From: Alphaproteobacteria bacterium | Lineage (GTDB): Bacteria; Pseudomonadota; Alphaproteobacteria; Rs-D84 | Direction of reading: 5' to 3' | NCBI GenBank assembly: GCA_017546265.1 | Contig: JAFYXG010000012.1 | Location: 76,973 to 140,972 of the forward strand | Length of the DNA stretch: 64,000 bases | Part shown: positions 17,533-26,611 of the stretch, piece by piece | How the letters are laid out: each line of letters starts with the position of its first letter | Numbering within the stretch: the first letter of the stretch is position 1 | The notes under the pieces: model-generated | Database searches by the model: none | What the model saw: only the letters and a program-made list of their open reading frames with translations | Told to the model about the DNA's origin: nothing | Program-made: the position numbers and the translations under genes

Positions 17533-19958
17533 TGAACCAATTAGATGATTTCTTTTCGTACTTTGCAGGCAGCGGTTTTGAAATTACAACCGCTGTGTTG
17601 GTTATGATTACAATGTTGGTGTTTATTGTGTTGCTGATTTTTGTGCCAACACTGACAAAAAAAGTGTTCCCACGGTTTGGTTATGCAAAATATGCTAACT
17701 ATATCCCATTTCAGACTGTGTTTACAGATAACTCTATGGAACTGACAGATGGCAGTTTAATCAGAGTTTATAAAATATCAGGACTGCAAACCAGTATGCT
17801 GGATAATGCTGCAAAAGAAAAGTTCTTGGATTTGCGGGCTCAATTATTTAATCAAATTCGAGACCCGAATGTTGTTTTGCGGTTCTTTATGACGCGTGAT
17901 GCGGCCGATGAAGATACAAACTATGAATTTGACCAGCCAACCTTGCAAAGAATTTATAATAAGTGGAAGGGGCAGGGATTAAAAATATTTTTAAATAACT
18001 ATTATCTTGTCTTGTCTGTGGCAGGAGTCGATAAACGTGCAAAATTAAACCAGTACGGGAATTATATAGAATCTATTTTGTCCGCATATAAACCACGTGT
18101 CTTGAAAAATAACAGTCGAGATAATATGGCGTGCTTTTTTGGCAGAATTTTGTCCCCAATATCAAAACCACAACCAAAGTTCGCAGATAATAATATAGCA
18201 AAACTAACAACTGTTGATGATGTAGAATTTATGCGTGATGGGTTAATCAGATATGTCAGCGGAGGACAACAGTCGTTTGCTGCATGTGTCTCTTTTAAAA
18301 TTTCGCCCGATTATCTGGATGAAGAGTTCTTTGAAACTGTTTCTACTATTCAAACAGAAATGGTTTGTATGAATGGTTTCAGAATTATGGGATCTGCCGA
18401 TATTGAAAAGACTTTCCGGCAAAGACGGGCAACCGCAGATGAAAAACAAAAATCTACCGAAGAACAGATTCTGCACGCAGAATCCGCTATGGATGAAAAT
18501 ATTTCTGGTAATCAAAGTTTGGTTAATTACTATCCTTTGTTCGTGATTTATGGCGGTACACCAGCAGAAGTTAATAAATATGTTGACGAGTTTAAAAAAA
18601 TTGCCGCTGGATTTGGTATTTCGCCAGTTGTAGAAACTTTTGCGTCCAAGGTTTCGTGGTTCGCACAGATTCCTGGATTTGATGTGTTCCCACGTACGTT
18701 TAAGTTGTTGTCAAAGGCCGCAGCAATTACTATTCCTTTGGCTACGCAGCCACGTGGGGTGGAAAATTCTGACTGGGGACCAGGACCATTGGTAGTATTC
18801 CCAACTGCACAGGGGACACCGTATCAGTTCCAATTTCATGTTTCTGATAAACCAGCCGCAGTTGGACATACGCTGACAATCGGGCCAACCGGTGGCGGTA
18901 AAACAACACTGTTCTCGTTCTTAATCGCACAAAGTTTAAGACATCCAAAATTAAAAGCTTTTTTCTTTGACCGTAATAAAGGGGCCGAAATATTTACTCT
19001 GGCGGTCGGTGGAAAATACATAACTATGCAGGGAAAAGAAAAAAATACAGATCCTATGGCACACAGTTTTATGACACATCTGAACCCGTTGAAAATGCCG
19101 GATACGGCTGCAAATCGTGCGTTCCTGCGGCGGTGGTTCGCAATTATTTCTGGGCAAAATGATGCTTTGTCAGCAGATGAAATAGCACGTGCTGTGTCGG
19201 TTAATTTTGATTATTTGAATGATAAAGATAGATTGTTGAAAAATCTGTGGGAAAGTTGTTTCTCGTCATCCGGTAAAATGAGACCAGCACTGAAAAAGTG
19301 GGTCGATCCGTTGCAATATGGTGATATGTTTAACGAAGCAGCTGATACACTGGATCTGCATTCAAGACTGACAACATTTGATTTTACAGATATTTTGCAA
19401 GATGAAACTTTGTCGCCTGCAGTTATTTCTTATATTCTGCACAGAATTAACAGTATTACTGTGTCTGGTGGAAATCCTTCGTTAATTATGATTGATGAAA
19501 CTGCTCCTATGCTGGAAAACAAAATGTTCCGTGATAATTTTATCACAGGACTGCAAGAGGGACGTAAAAATCGTCAGGCATACATGGTTGCGTTCCAGCG
19601 GGCGAATGTGCTGGATAAACTGGGGGTCGGTGATGTGGTGCGTGGGCAAGCTCAGACCGTAATGTTTTTTAGAAACCCTGCCGCAGATGCAAATGATTAT
19701 GCACACTGGAATCTTAACCCGCTGGAAATGGCTTTTATCCAAGGTAAAGCCTATCCAAACCTGAAACGGGCCGTTCTGTTGTCGCGGCCTGTTAATGGGG
19801 AATCGGTTATTTTAAATACAGAATTGGGCGGACTGGGAAATTTATTGCGATTGTTTGAATCTGGACGCTCATCGGTGCTGTTGGCCGAAGAATTATATAA
19901 AATGTATGGAAATAACTTTGTTAACGAATACCTGAAAAAACAAGGGGCCGCAGAATAG
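17529..19958 (+). CDS. virB4: type IV secretion system ATPase VirB4/TrbE family
   Basis: 809 aa. Walker A GPTGGGKTT, Walker B-like SLIMIDETA, N-terminal TM segment, VirB3-VirB4 gene order. Confidence 0.9.
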   Translation: MMNQLDDFFSYFAGSGFEITTAVLVMITMLVFIVLLIFVPTLTKKVFPRFGYAKYANYIPFQTVFTDNSMELTDGSLIRVYKISGLQTSMLDNAAKEKFLDLRAQLFNQIRDPNVVLRFFMTRDAADEDTNYEFDQPTLQRIYNKWKGQGLKIFLNNYYLVLSVAGVDKRAKLNQYGNYIESILSAYKPRVLKNNSRDNMACFFGRILSPISKPQPKFADNNIAKLTTVDDVEFMRDGLIRYVSGGQQSFAACVSFKISPDYLDEEFFETVSTIQTEMVCMNGFRIMGSADIEKTFRQRRATADEKQKSTEEQILHAESAMDENISGNQSLVNYYPLFVIYGGTPAEVNKYVDEFKKIAAGFGISPVVETFASKVSWFAQIPGFDVFPRTFKLLSKAAAITIPLATQPRGVENSDWGPGPLVVFPTAQGTPYQFQFHVSDKPAAVGHTLTIGPTGGGKTTLFSFLIAQSLRHPKLKAFFFDRNKGAEIFTLAVGGKYITMQGKEKNTDPMAHSFMTHLNPLKMPDTAANRAFLRRWFAIISGQNDALSADEIARAVSVNFDYLNDKDRLLKNLWESCFSSSGKMRPALKKWVDPLQYGDMFNEAADTLDLHSRLTTFDFTDILQDETLSPAVISYILHRINSITVSGGNPSLIMIDETAPMLENKMFRDNFITGLQEGRKNRQAYMVAFQRANVLDKLGVGDVVRGQAQTVMFFRNPAADANDYAHWNLNPLEMAFIQGKAYPNLKRAVLLSRPVNGESVILNTELGGLGNLLRLFESGRSSVLLAEELYKMYGNNFVNEYLKKQGAAE

Positions 19959-19983
19959 TGTGGTGTGGAAGAAAAGGGGCAGA

Positions 19984-20595
19984 ATGGTACGCTTTTTATT
20001 TCTGTTTTTTGGGGTAGTCTGTGTCTTTCCGTCATGGGGTAACGAGTGTTTAAAATATAAAAATATTCCAAGAATTATTCTGGATGTTCCAAACTGGGAA
20101 AAAAATGTCGTGCAACCAGCTGAACCAATGGATTTATATCATGGCAAGGTTGAGGCAACTTTGGTTGAAAACTTTGAAATTATTACCGATATAAATCAGG
20201 TTGATGATGGGTTTTGTGTATCTTTGAAAACTGTTAATGCAGAAATCGGTTATAATAATTTTGATGTACAAATAGATATCAGACATAAACCTGGTTCGTG
20301 CGAATATAGTGCTGTGCTGGAACACGAAGATAAGCATATTGAAACGTATTTGCAGGTCATAGATGATTTTAAGGCGGATTTACAACGGTCTGTTTATAAC
20401 GCCGCAGATTCAATAATGCCAGTATTGGTCAAATCAAAAAACAGTGTTGATAGTGTTTTAAATAAAATGCATGATGATTTAATAAAGCATCCAGACCTGG
20501 TACTGATTAAACAAAAAATTCATGCCGCCGAAGAAATACAAAACAAGCAGGTGGATAAAGTTGAAACAGGGGCAAGTTTAAGTAAATGTTTGTGA
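19984..20595 (+). CDS. secreted protein with an HExxH motif (possibly a DUF922-like putative Zn-protease)
   Basis: Signal peptide MVRFLFLFFGVVCVFPSWG; motif AVLEHEDKHIE (HExxH); AAGGGG SD before the ATG at 19984. The family assignment is from memory of the pattern only. Confidence 0.45.
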   Translation: MVRFLFLFFGVVCVFPSWGNECLKYKNIPRIILDVPNWEKNVVQPAEPMDLYHGKVEATLVENFEIITDINQVDDGFCVSLKTVNAEIGYNNFDVQIDIRHKPGSCEYSAVLEHEDKHIETYLQVIDDFKADLQRSVYNAADSIMPVLVKSKNSVDSVLNKMHDDLIKHPDLVLIKQKIHAAEEIQNKQVDKVETGASLSKCL

Positions 20596-20611
20596 TAAAA
20601 GGATTCTGAAT

Positions 20612-21172
20612 ATGAACTTTGTAAAGACACAATTAGATGGCGTGTATATTATAGAACCAAAGATTTTCAAAGATGAACGTGGATATTTTTTTGAAAGTTA
20701 TAACGAAGAAATGTTTCTGAAAAATGGTATTACAAACAGGTTTGTCCAGGATAATCAATCGTGTTCAACATATGGGGTGGTACGTGGACTGCATGCCCAA
20801 GATGGTAGGTTTGCACAGGCAAAATTGGTGCGGGTTCTGTATGGAAAAGTGTTGGATGTTGCAGTTGATGTGCGACCGGACTCGAAAACATTTGGACAAT
20901 ACGTTTCGGCAGAATTAAGTGCAGATAATCAACGTCAATTATTTATTCCACGCGGATTTTTGCATGGTTTTTCTGTGTTGTCGCCAATGGCTGTGTTCGC
21001 ATATAAATGTGATAATTTCTATGCACCGCATGCAGAAATAGGGGTAAAATATAATGACCCAATGATAAATATAGACTGGCGGGTGCCGGCAGATAAAATT
21101 ATCGCATCACAAAAAGATAAAAATGCAATGTTGTTAAGTGAATTGATTGAAAAACAAATTTATACAAAGTAA
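20612..21172 (+). CDS. rfbC: dTDP-4-dehydrorhamnose 3,5-epimerase
   Basis: Cupin RmlC signatures: DERGYFFE, GVVRGLHAQ, FIPRGFLHGF. Confidence 0.9.
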   Translation: MNFVKTQLDGVYIIEPKIFKDERGYFFESYNEEMFLKNGITNRFVQDNQSCSTYGVVRGLHAQDGRFAQAKLVRVLYGKVLDVAVDVRPDSKTFGQYVSAELSADNQRQLFIPRGFLHGFSVLSPMAVFAYKCDNFYAPHAEIGVKYNDPMINIDWRVPADKIIASQKDKNAMLLSELIEKQIYTK

Positions 21173-21178
21173 AAGTTC

Positions 21179-21206
21179 AAAAGTGGTAAATTTTTGCCAC
21201 TTTTTT
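21179..21206 (+). terminator. intrinsic terminator after rfbC
   Basis: AAAAGTGG-taaatttttg-CCACTTTT followed by more T. Confidence 0.55.
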
Positions 21207-21242
21207 AATTTTAACTTTCGAACTTTACGAAGACATTGCAAA

Positions 21243-21276
21243 ACAAAAAAAAACTTGCCCATCGGGGCAAGTTTTG
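21243..21276 (-). terminator. intrinsic terminator after tRNA-fMet (also hairpin-competent on plus)
   Basis: Minus RNA: CUUGCCC-cgau-GGGCAAG followed by a U-rich tract (U9 then GUUU). Confidence 0.6.
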
Positions 21277-21282
21277 AAACTT

Positions 21283-21359
<77 letters not shown>

Positions 21360-21372
21360 ATAAGGTGAATGT

Positions 21373-21400
21373 ATTATATACTTTTTTTCCGAATAGTCAA
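21373..21400 (-). promoter_or_regulatory. candidate promoter of tRNA-fMet
   Basis: Minus strand: TTGACT, 16 nt, TATAAT, about 13 nt upstream of the tRNA 5' end. Confidence 0.45.
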
Positions 21401-21513
21401 ATAAAAAAATTAAAATAACTATATTTTCGGCTTTGATGGCTCGGTCTTGAATTATATCTTTTTTATTGCTAAGATTTGTTTCAATATATGTGTATAACCA
21501 AGGATTACAGGTC

Positions 21514-22311
21514 GTGATTAAAAATAAAAAGTTCAGAAAATGGTGGAAAAAATTCTGGCAGCCAATACTGGGACTGGGGATTTTTCAATGGATTATTGCC
21601 GCGTTTATGGCGATACCGATTTGGTTTGTTTATTTTACTTCGAAAAAACAGGTGTCGAACATAGATGTGTTCTATAAGTACTGCAAAAAACCGGCTGTTT
21701 TTGTCGTTTGGCATGGACGAAGCATGATGTTTGGGCCAATCGCGTTCTTGGGCGGAATGCGGGCTTATGTGGTGGCCAGTCGACATAAAGATGGACGTAT
21801 GATGGCTAAATTACAGCATTTGTTCGGTATAAGGGCGATTTATGGGTCTACACACAAAGGTGGAGTGTCGGTTCTGCGTCAGGGGTTGCGGATTTTATCA
21901 CAAGGAAAGTATGGTATTTGTATGTCGCCAGATGGACCAGGCGGACCATCACTGAGGGTGCAAGATGGGGCCATGTATTTCGCAAAAATGAGTGGGGTAC
22001 CCATTATTCCAATTTGCTATACGTGTTCACGGGCCTGGATTCAGGAAAGATGGGACAGGTATTTAGTGGCTTTGCCATTTTCTAAAATTGTTTGTAATAT
22101 TGGAAATCCTGTGTTCGTGCCAAAACGGGCAACACCACAAGAATTTGAAGAAATAAGAAAAAATCTGGAAGATTTTATGGTGAAACAAATGCGAGAACTG
22201 GATGCTCAGTTTAATCTGCCTGTGGCAGAACAGGATTTGACTTCGTCTGAATTTAAACGAAAAAGAAGAGAAGAAGCGGCTGCAAAAAAACAACTAAAAA
22301 AAGGAAAATAA
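21514..22311 (+). CDS. DUF374-like lysophospholipid acyltransferase-family protein (commonly linked to kdtA/lpxK)
   Basis: VVWHGRSMM...ASRHKDGRMMAKL...SPDGPGGPSLRVQDGAMYFAKMSGVPIIP, directly upstream of lpxK. Start is uncertain (GTG 21514 after AGGA; the ORF track gives TTG 21466). Confidence 0.7.
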   Translation: MIKNKKFRKWWKKFWQPILGLGIFQWIIAAFMAIPIWFVYFTSKKQVSNIDVFYKYCKKPAVFVVWHGRSMMFGPIAFLGGMRAYVVASRHKDGRMMAKLQHLFGIRAIYGSTHKGGVSVLRQGLRILSQGKYGICMSPDGPGGPSLRVQDGAMYFAKMSGVPIIPICYTCSRAWIQERWDRYLVALPFSKIVCNIGNPVFVPKRATPQEFEEIRKNLEDFMVKQMRELDAQFNLPVAEQDLTSSEFKRKRREEAAAKKQLKKGK

Positions 22312-22313
22312 TA

Positions 22314-23213
22314 ATGAAAACACCTTGGTGGTTTTTAACCAAAAATCCAGTGGCAATATTGTTGTTGCCTGTTTCGTGGGTGTATTTTTTTGTCGGGCGA
22401 ATCGTCTTTTTGTTCAGAAAAATAAAACCTATAAAATCTAAACGAAAAATTATTTGTGTGGGTAATGTTTTGGCCGGTGGAGTAGGAAAAACACCTGTTG
22501 TGCGTGCAATCGCAAATCATATCGGTGCGGTCGTTGTTATGCGAGGGTATAAAAAACGTAAAAGCGAGGGAGATATAGGAGATGAAGCCACTATGTTGGC
22601 TCGTGCCGGAGTGGTTGTGCATGTGGGCGATAGAAAGTCTAATATCGTTTTACTGAACAAGCAAAAAGATAAAACACCAATTGTTATGGATGATGGACTG
22701 CAAAACCCAACAATTGAAAAAGATATTAAAATACTGGTCTTTGACCAAAGTATTGGTTTTGGTAATGGCTTTATGCTGCCGGCGGGGCCAATGCGTGTAC
22801 CAAAAAGATTCACAAAAGATGCCGATGCAATTATTCTGATTAAAAATAAAAAAACAAAAAAGAAATTTGAACTGCCTGTCGGAGTGCCTGTATTTACCGC
22901 AGAAAATAAGACTATTTCACCGTATGATGAAAATGAAAAACTGGTCGCGTTCGCAGGTATTGGGTATCCGAAAAAGTTCTTTGATTCGTTGAAAAATGTC
23001 GTGGCAAGACGGGGATTTGCAGACCACTATCAGTATACAAACGATGATTTGCAAAAGTTAATTGCGTTGGCAGATAAAAAAAATGCAAAGTTGATTACAA
23101 CTGAAAAAGATTGGGTCAGATTGTCGCCCGAAATGCAAGAGACTGTTAAATATGCAAAATTAGAAACTGTAATAGAAAGCAGGTTTTGGGACTGGTTAAA
23201 GGAAAGGATGTAA
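22314..23213 (+). CDS. lpxK: tetraacyldisaccharide 4'-kinase
   Basis: N-terminal TM segment then P-loop GNVLAGGVGKTPVV. 299 aa. Confidence 0.85.
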   Translation: MKTPWWFLTKNPVAILLLPVSWVYFFVGRIVFLFRKIKPIKSKRKIICVGNVLAGGVGKTPVVRAIANHIGAVVVMRGYKKRKSEGDIGDEATMLARAGVVVHVGDRKSNIVLLNKQKDKTPIVMDDGLQNPTIEKDIKILVFDQSIGFGNGFMLPAGPMRVPKRFTKDADAIILIKNKKTKKKFELPVGVPVFTAENKTISPYDENEKLVAFAGIGYPKKFFDSLKNVVARRGFADHYQYTNDDLQKLIALADKKNAKLITTEKDWVRLSPEMQETVKYAKLETVIESRFWDWLKERM

Positions 23214-23214
23214 T

Positions 23215-24144
23215 ATGATGGAAATTAAATTCTCGGGTGTGGGAATTCATTCGGGGAATACTGTCAATTTGGTGGTAAAACCAACCAAGGAAAAAGGTGT
23301 CTTTTTCCGCAGAGTTGATATTCAAAATTCTGATTTAATACCCGCAACCTTTGATAATGTAGGCGAGGCTAAATTAAGAAATACAACAATCGGTAATCCA
23401 AATGCCGAACATGTGCAGACAATTGAACATTTAATGGCTGCACTGTTTATCGCAGGTATAGATGGAGCAATCGTTGAAATAGATGGGGCAGAAACACCTA
23501 TATTGGACGGTAGTGCCGCACAATTTATTGAAAAGTTTTTTGGTGCAGGAATCAAACCAAATAAAATGAAAAAAATTGTTGTAAAAAAAGAAGTTGTCGC
23601 AAAGGCAAATGAAATTACACGACAATTGCCAATAATGGTCAGAGTTAAATTGTGGATAATGAATAAATTAGCCGGCAGAAAAAGTGATGGTTTTGTTAAA
23701 CTGAGCCCAAATGATGGTAATTCTTTGAACGTATGTGCAACATTGATTTACCCAGAAAAAATAATAGGAAAACAGTCTTGTGCCTATTCGTACGATGGTA
23801 CAGATGATTCTGTGGCGGATTTTATTCAGAACTTTGCACAGGCCAGAACGTTCGGTAAGTATTCAGAGTGGGAATATCTGAAAAAACGTGGTATGGGACG
23901 TGGTGCAAACGAAAATAATGTTATTGCATTAAATGATGCAGGGGACGGAACAATCAACAAAACAATCTGGCCAGACGAATTTGTCAGACATAAAATTATA
24001 GATGCGGTAGGTGATATGTTTACATCTGGTGGTATGGTTTGTGCTGATTTGGTGTCTTTTAAGGGAAGCCATGCAATGAATAATTTGGTGCTGAAAAAAC
24101 TGTTCAGCAATCCACAGAATTATGATATAATAGATGCAGAATAA
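23215..24144 (+). CDS. lpxC: UDP-3-O-acyl-N-acetylglucosamine deacetylase
   Basis: GVGIHSG, TIEHLMAAL, ETPILDGSA, HKIIDAVGD motifs. Confidence 0.9.
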   Translation: MMEIKFSGVGIHSGNTVNLVVKPTKEKGVFFRRVDIQNSDLIPATFDNVGEAKLRNTTIGNPNAEHVQTIEHLMAALFIAGIDGAIVEIDGAETPILDGSAAQFIEKFFGAGIKPNKMKKIVVKKEVVAKANEITRQLPIMVRVKLWIMNKLAGRKSDGFVKLSPNDGNSLNVCATLIYPEKIIGKQSCAYSYDGTDDSVADFIQNFAQARTFGKYSEWEYLKKRGMGRGANENNVIALNDAGDGTINKTIWPDEFVRHKIIDAVGDMFTSGGMVCADLVSFKGSHAMNNLVLKKLFSNPQNYDIIDAE

Positions 24145-24159
24145 ATAAAGAAGGAAAAT

Positions 24160-24576
24160 ATGAAAAAGTTTTTTGCGTTGTTTGCCGCCTTGTTCGTAGT
24201 CGCAGCCTGCGGTGGAATGATAAAAAATCAAAATGGCAGCCAATATTTGGTCCAACTAGAAGCAGAACCAATAGGATGTACGTTTTTGTATAAACTGGAA
24301 TCAGAAGTGTCTGTTTATGATGTAGATGATGCACGCAGATATTTGGAAAATCGTATCGTTGATCAGGCCAGACCTGGTAATGCCTACTGGATTACCAGTC
24401 AAAGAACAAAACCAAATGAATGGGTGATTTTTGGGCCTGAACGTGCATTTGTTCTGGTGGCTAATGTTTATGACTGCCCACATCCAAATAATGTTCGTAC
24501 CGCAAAAGACGGTGGACCACAGACTGTGTCAGTGCCAAACCCATACAAGGGATGCGTTTATGGAACATGTAATTAA
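24160..24576 (+). CDS. small lipoprotein (possibly DUF4156-like)
   Basis: Lipobox MKKFFALFAALFVVAAC|GG. 138 aa, AAGGAAA SD. Confidence 0.6.
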   Translation: MKKFFALFAALFVVAACGGMIKNQNGSQYLVQLEAEPIGCTFLYKLESEVSVYDVDDARRYLENRIVDQARPGNAYWITSQRTKPNEWVIFGPERAFVLVANVYDCPHPNNVRTAKDGGPQTVSVPNPYKGCVYGTCN

Positions 24577-24579
24577 ATA

Positions 24580-24603
24580 AAATCCCCAGTCGGGGATTTT
24601 TTG
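24580..24603 (+). terminator. intrinsic terminator
   Basis: ATCCCC-agtc-GGGGAT followed by T6. Confidence 0.65.
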
Positions 24604-24639
24604 GTTGTTATTTGTTTGCGTTATTTTTAACTTTTGTGT

Positions 24640-24671
24640 TATAATATCAATCGAATATTCAGAGAGAGAGT
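24640..24671 (+). promoter_or_regulatory. candidate -10 and conserved leader (GAATATTCAG plus purine tract) of the pilus-like operon
   Basis: TATAAT 24640-45, GAATATTCAG 24653-62, AGAGAGAG to 24670. The same architecture occurs at 42688-42720. Confidence 0.4.
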
Positions 24672-25937
24672 TTGTTGGCCAGTCAATTTATATCTGTTAA
24701 TAGAAAAAAGTATGCCGTGGGTTTGTTTTGGCAACCCGTGGCTGCTGGTTTTGCACCGCGTAATTATGCACGAAGTTTGGCTCATAATATAGATAAAAAA
24801 CTGAATTTATATACGGAATATCGTGCCATGATTGGACTGGGGGCACGAAGATATGGTCAGCGTGTCGGTATGGTCAGTGCCGCTGCAGAAGTTATGGAAA
24901 GTTTTTCTGAATATACTTCCTTTTTGGCCGTGTTCCAGTTGAATAAGGTGTTCTTTTTAATCGCAGCACGTAATGGGGTTATTCTGGAAGATAAGATATT
25001 CAATTCAGAAGATGATGCACGAAATGAATATGTGAAATTGTCAGAAATCCCGGATTGGGGGGCGTTCTTTGCTCCTGGGGCGTGGGGAATGCCACGGGCC
25101 GCAGAAAGAAATTTGGCCGATTTAATAACAGGACGTTCACGTGCAAGTCTGCATCCAGTCAGTCGTTTTGGTGCAGGTGTCATATCTTTGTTGCTGATTG
25201 CTGTTTTTGTGTTGGGACTGGGGATAGTGTTCAGTGATTCAGTTAAACAGGCTTTCAGCCCAAAGCAAGAAATGACAGGGGTGGATCCAGAACTGGTCGC
25301 AGAATATCACAGACAAATCGAACAGAAAAATAAAGAACTGGACGAACAGTTTGAAATCGAAAAGGTGGCACCTCCAGAACCTATTGTTATGCCGTTTGAA
25401 ATTTTGCCCGACAGAAGTGAACGGGCAAAAGTATGCTATCAGGCAATGGGGTTTTTAATGCAACCAATCCCAGGCTGGAATCAAATGTGGGTCAAGTGTT
25501 CCGAAAATGGTGCCGTGGTTGAACTGAAACGAACCTTTGGTACGTTGGGGGACTTTTATGCTGTGGCAAATGAAATTATGCCGGGGGCGTTGGTTCAGGA
25601 AATAGATGAAGATACTTTGCGTGTCAGTGCATCTTTGCCAGAGATAGATGTTGTGGCGTCCCAAGATGAACGTGATGCAGACAGTATTGTTCGTGATATT
25701 ACTACTTTGTTTCAAGAAATAGATACAAATATTAAAACTCAGGTGGTGGTGGATTCTTTGACCAATGGTATCGATGTAGAAACTGTTAATTTGGTCGAGT
25801 TAGAGGTTGATTCAAAACTGATACCAATGCAGTTTATGAAGGTTTTTGATGAATTTGGCGGCGTGTATATGGTGCAATGTGCATGGGATGTGCGGTCGCG
25901 GACGTGGAACTATGAGGTGATAATCTATGCAAAATAA
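24672..25937 (+). CDS. bitopic pilus-assembly accessory protein, R64 PilO / BfpC-like
   Basis: 421 aa with a single central TM segment (GAGVISLLLIAVFVLGLGIVF). N-terminal KKYAVGLFWQPV resembles the GLFWQ start I recall for IncI/ICE PilO. Position is immediately before the PilP-like, ATPase and platform genes. TTG start. Confidence 0.5.
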   Translation: MLASQFISVNRKKYAVGLFWQPVAAGFAPRNYARSLAHNIDKKLNLYTEYRAMIGLGARRYGQRVGMVSAAAEVMESFSEYTSFLAVFQLNKVFFLIAARNGVILEDKIFNSEDDARNEYVKLSEIPDWGAFFAPGAWGMPRAAERNLADLITGRSRASLHPVSRFGAGVISLLLIAVFVLGLGIVFSDSVKQAFSPKQEMTGVDPELVAEYHRQIEQKNKELDEQFEIEKVAPPEPIVMPFEILPDRSERAKVCYQAMGFLMQPIPGWNQMWVKCSENGAVVELKRTFGTLGDFYAVANEIMPGALVQEIDEDTLRVSASLPEIDVVASQDERDADSIVRDITTLFQEIDTNIKTQVVVDSLTNGIDVETVNLVELEVDSKLIPMQFMKVFDEFGGVYMVQCAWDVRSRTWNYEVIIYAK

Positions 25938-26604
25938 AATTATGTTTTTGGTTGGACTGATTGCGTGCGTTATATCGGTAAATGCATATGCCGCCGTAAC
26001 CGAGGTTATAGAAGAAGTAGAAGTTGTAGATGAAGATGTGTCTGCAGCCGCGGTTGCTGATTATCAAGTCGAAGGTTCGCTGTTCCAGCAAATTACAGAA
26101 CTTGAACAGGAAAAAATCCTGATGCAGTTGGAAAAAGAACGCGCCCAGTTGGACTTGGAACTGGATAGATTGGCCGCAGAAAAAATAAAACTGCATATGG
26201 AAATAGATACTTTGTCTGGGCGTGCAGAACAACAGCAACAGGAAATCGAAACACAAAAGGCAAAGTTAGAGGCCGAAGCTGCACGTATCGAACGTGAAAA
26301 AGAGTCGTGGATGGCGGATGCAGAACGTAAAATCTCGCAGCAGTCAAGTTCTGTTGCACGGTCTCAACTAGAAGAAGTGCCACTGGTCGATATCACAAAA
26401 AAATATAGATTGGTTAATGTTGTTGGGGCAGGTTCTCAGTTGCAGGCAACAATAGAAGATTTAGACAGTGGACAAAGTCGCAGAATCAGCGTAGGACGTG
26501 ATGTAGATGGGTTTACAGTAAAGTCTATTTCACTGTATGATGGGGTGGTGTTCGTTGACCCCGAGGGTGTTACACAGACGTTAAATGTCAGCAATGGGAA
26601 ATAA
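25927..26604 (+). CDS. periplasmic coiled-coil protein with a PilP/GspC-HR-like C-terminal domain
   Basis: Signal/anchor MQNKIMFLVGLIACVISVNAYA, long E/Q/A-rich coiled coil, C-terminus YRLVNVVGAGSQLQATIEDLDSGQSRRISVGRDVDGFTVKSISLYDGVVFVD. Confidence 0.45.
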   Translation: MQNKIMFLVGLIACVISVNAYAAVTEVIEEVEVVDEDVSAAAVADYQVEGSLFQQITELEQEKILMQLEKERAQLDLELDRLAAEKIKLHMEIDTLSGRAEQQQQEIETQKAKLEAEAARIEREKESWMADAERKISQQSSSVARSQLEEVPLVDITKKYRLVNVVGAGSQLQATIEDLDSGQSRRISVGRDVDGFTVKSISLYDGVVFVDPEGVTQTLNVSNGK

Positions 26605-26611
26605 TTAAACG

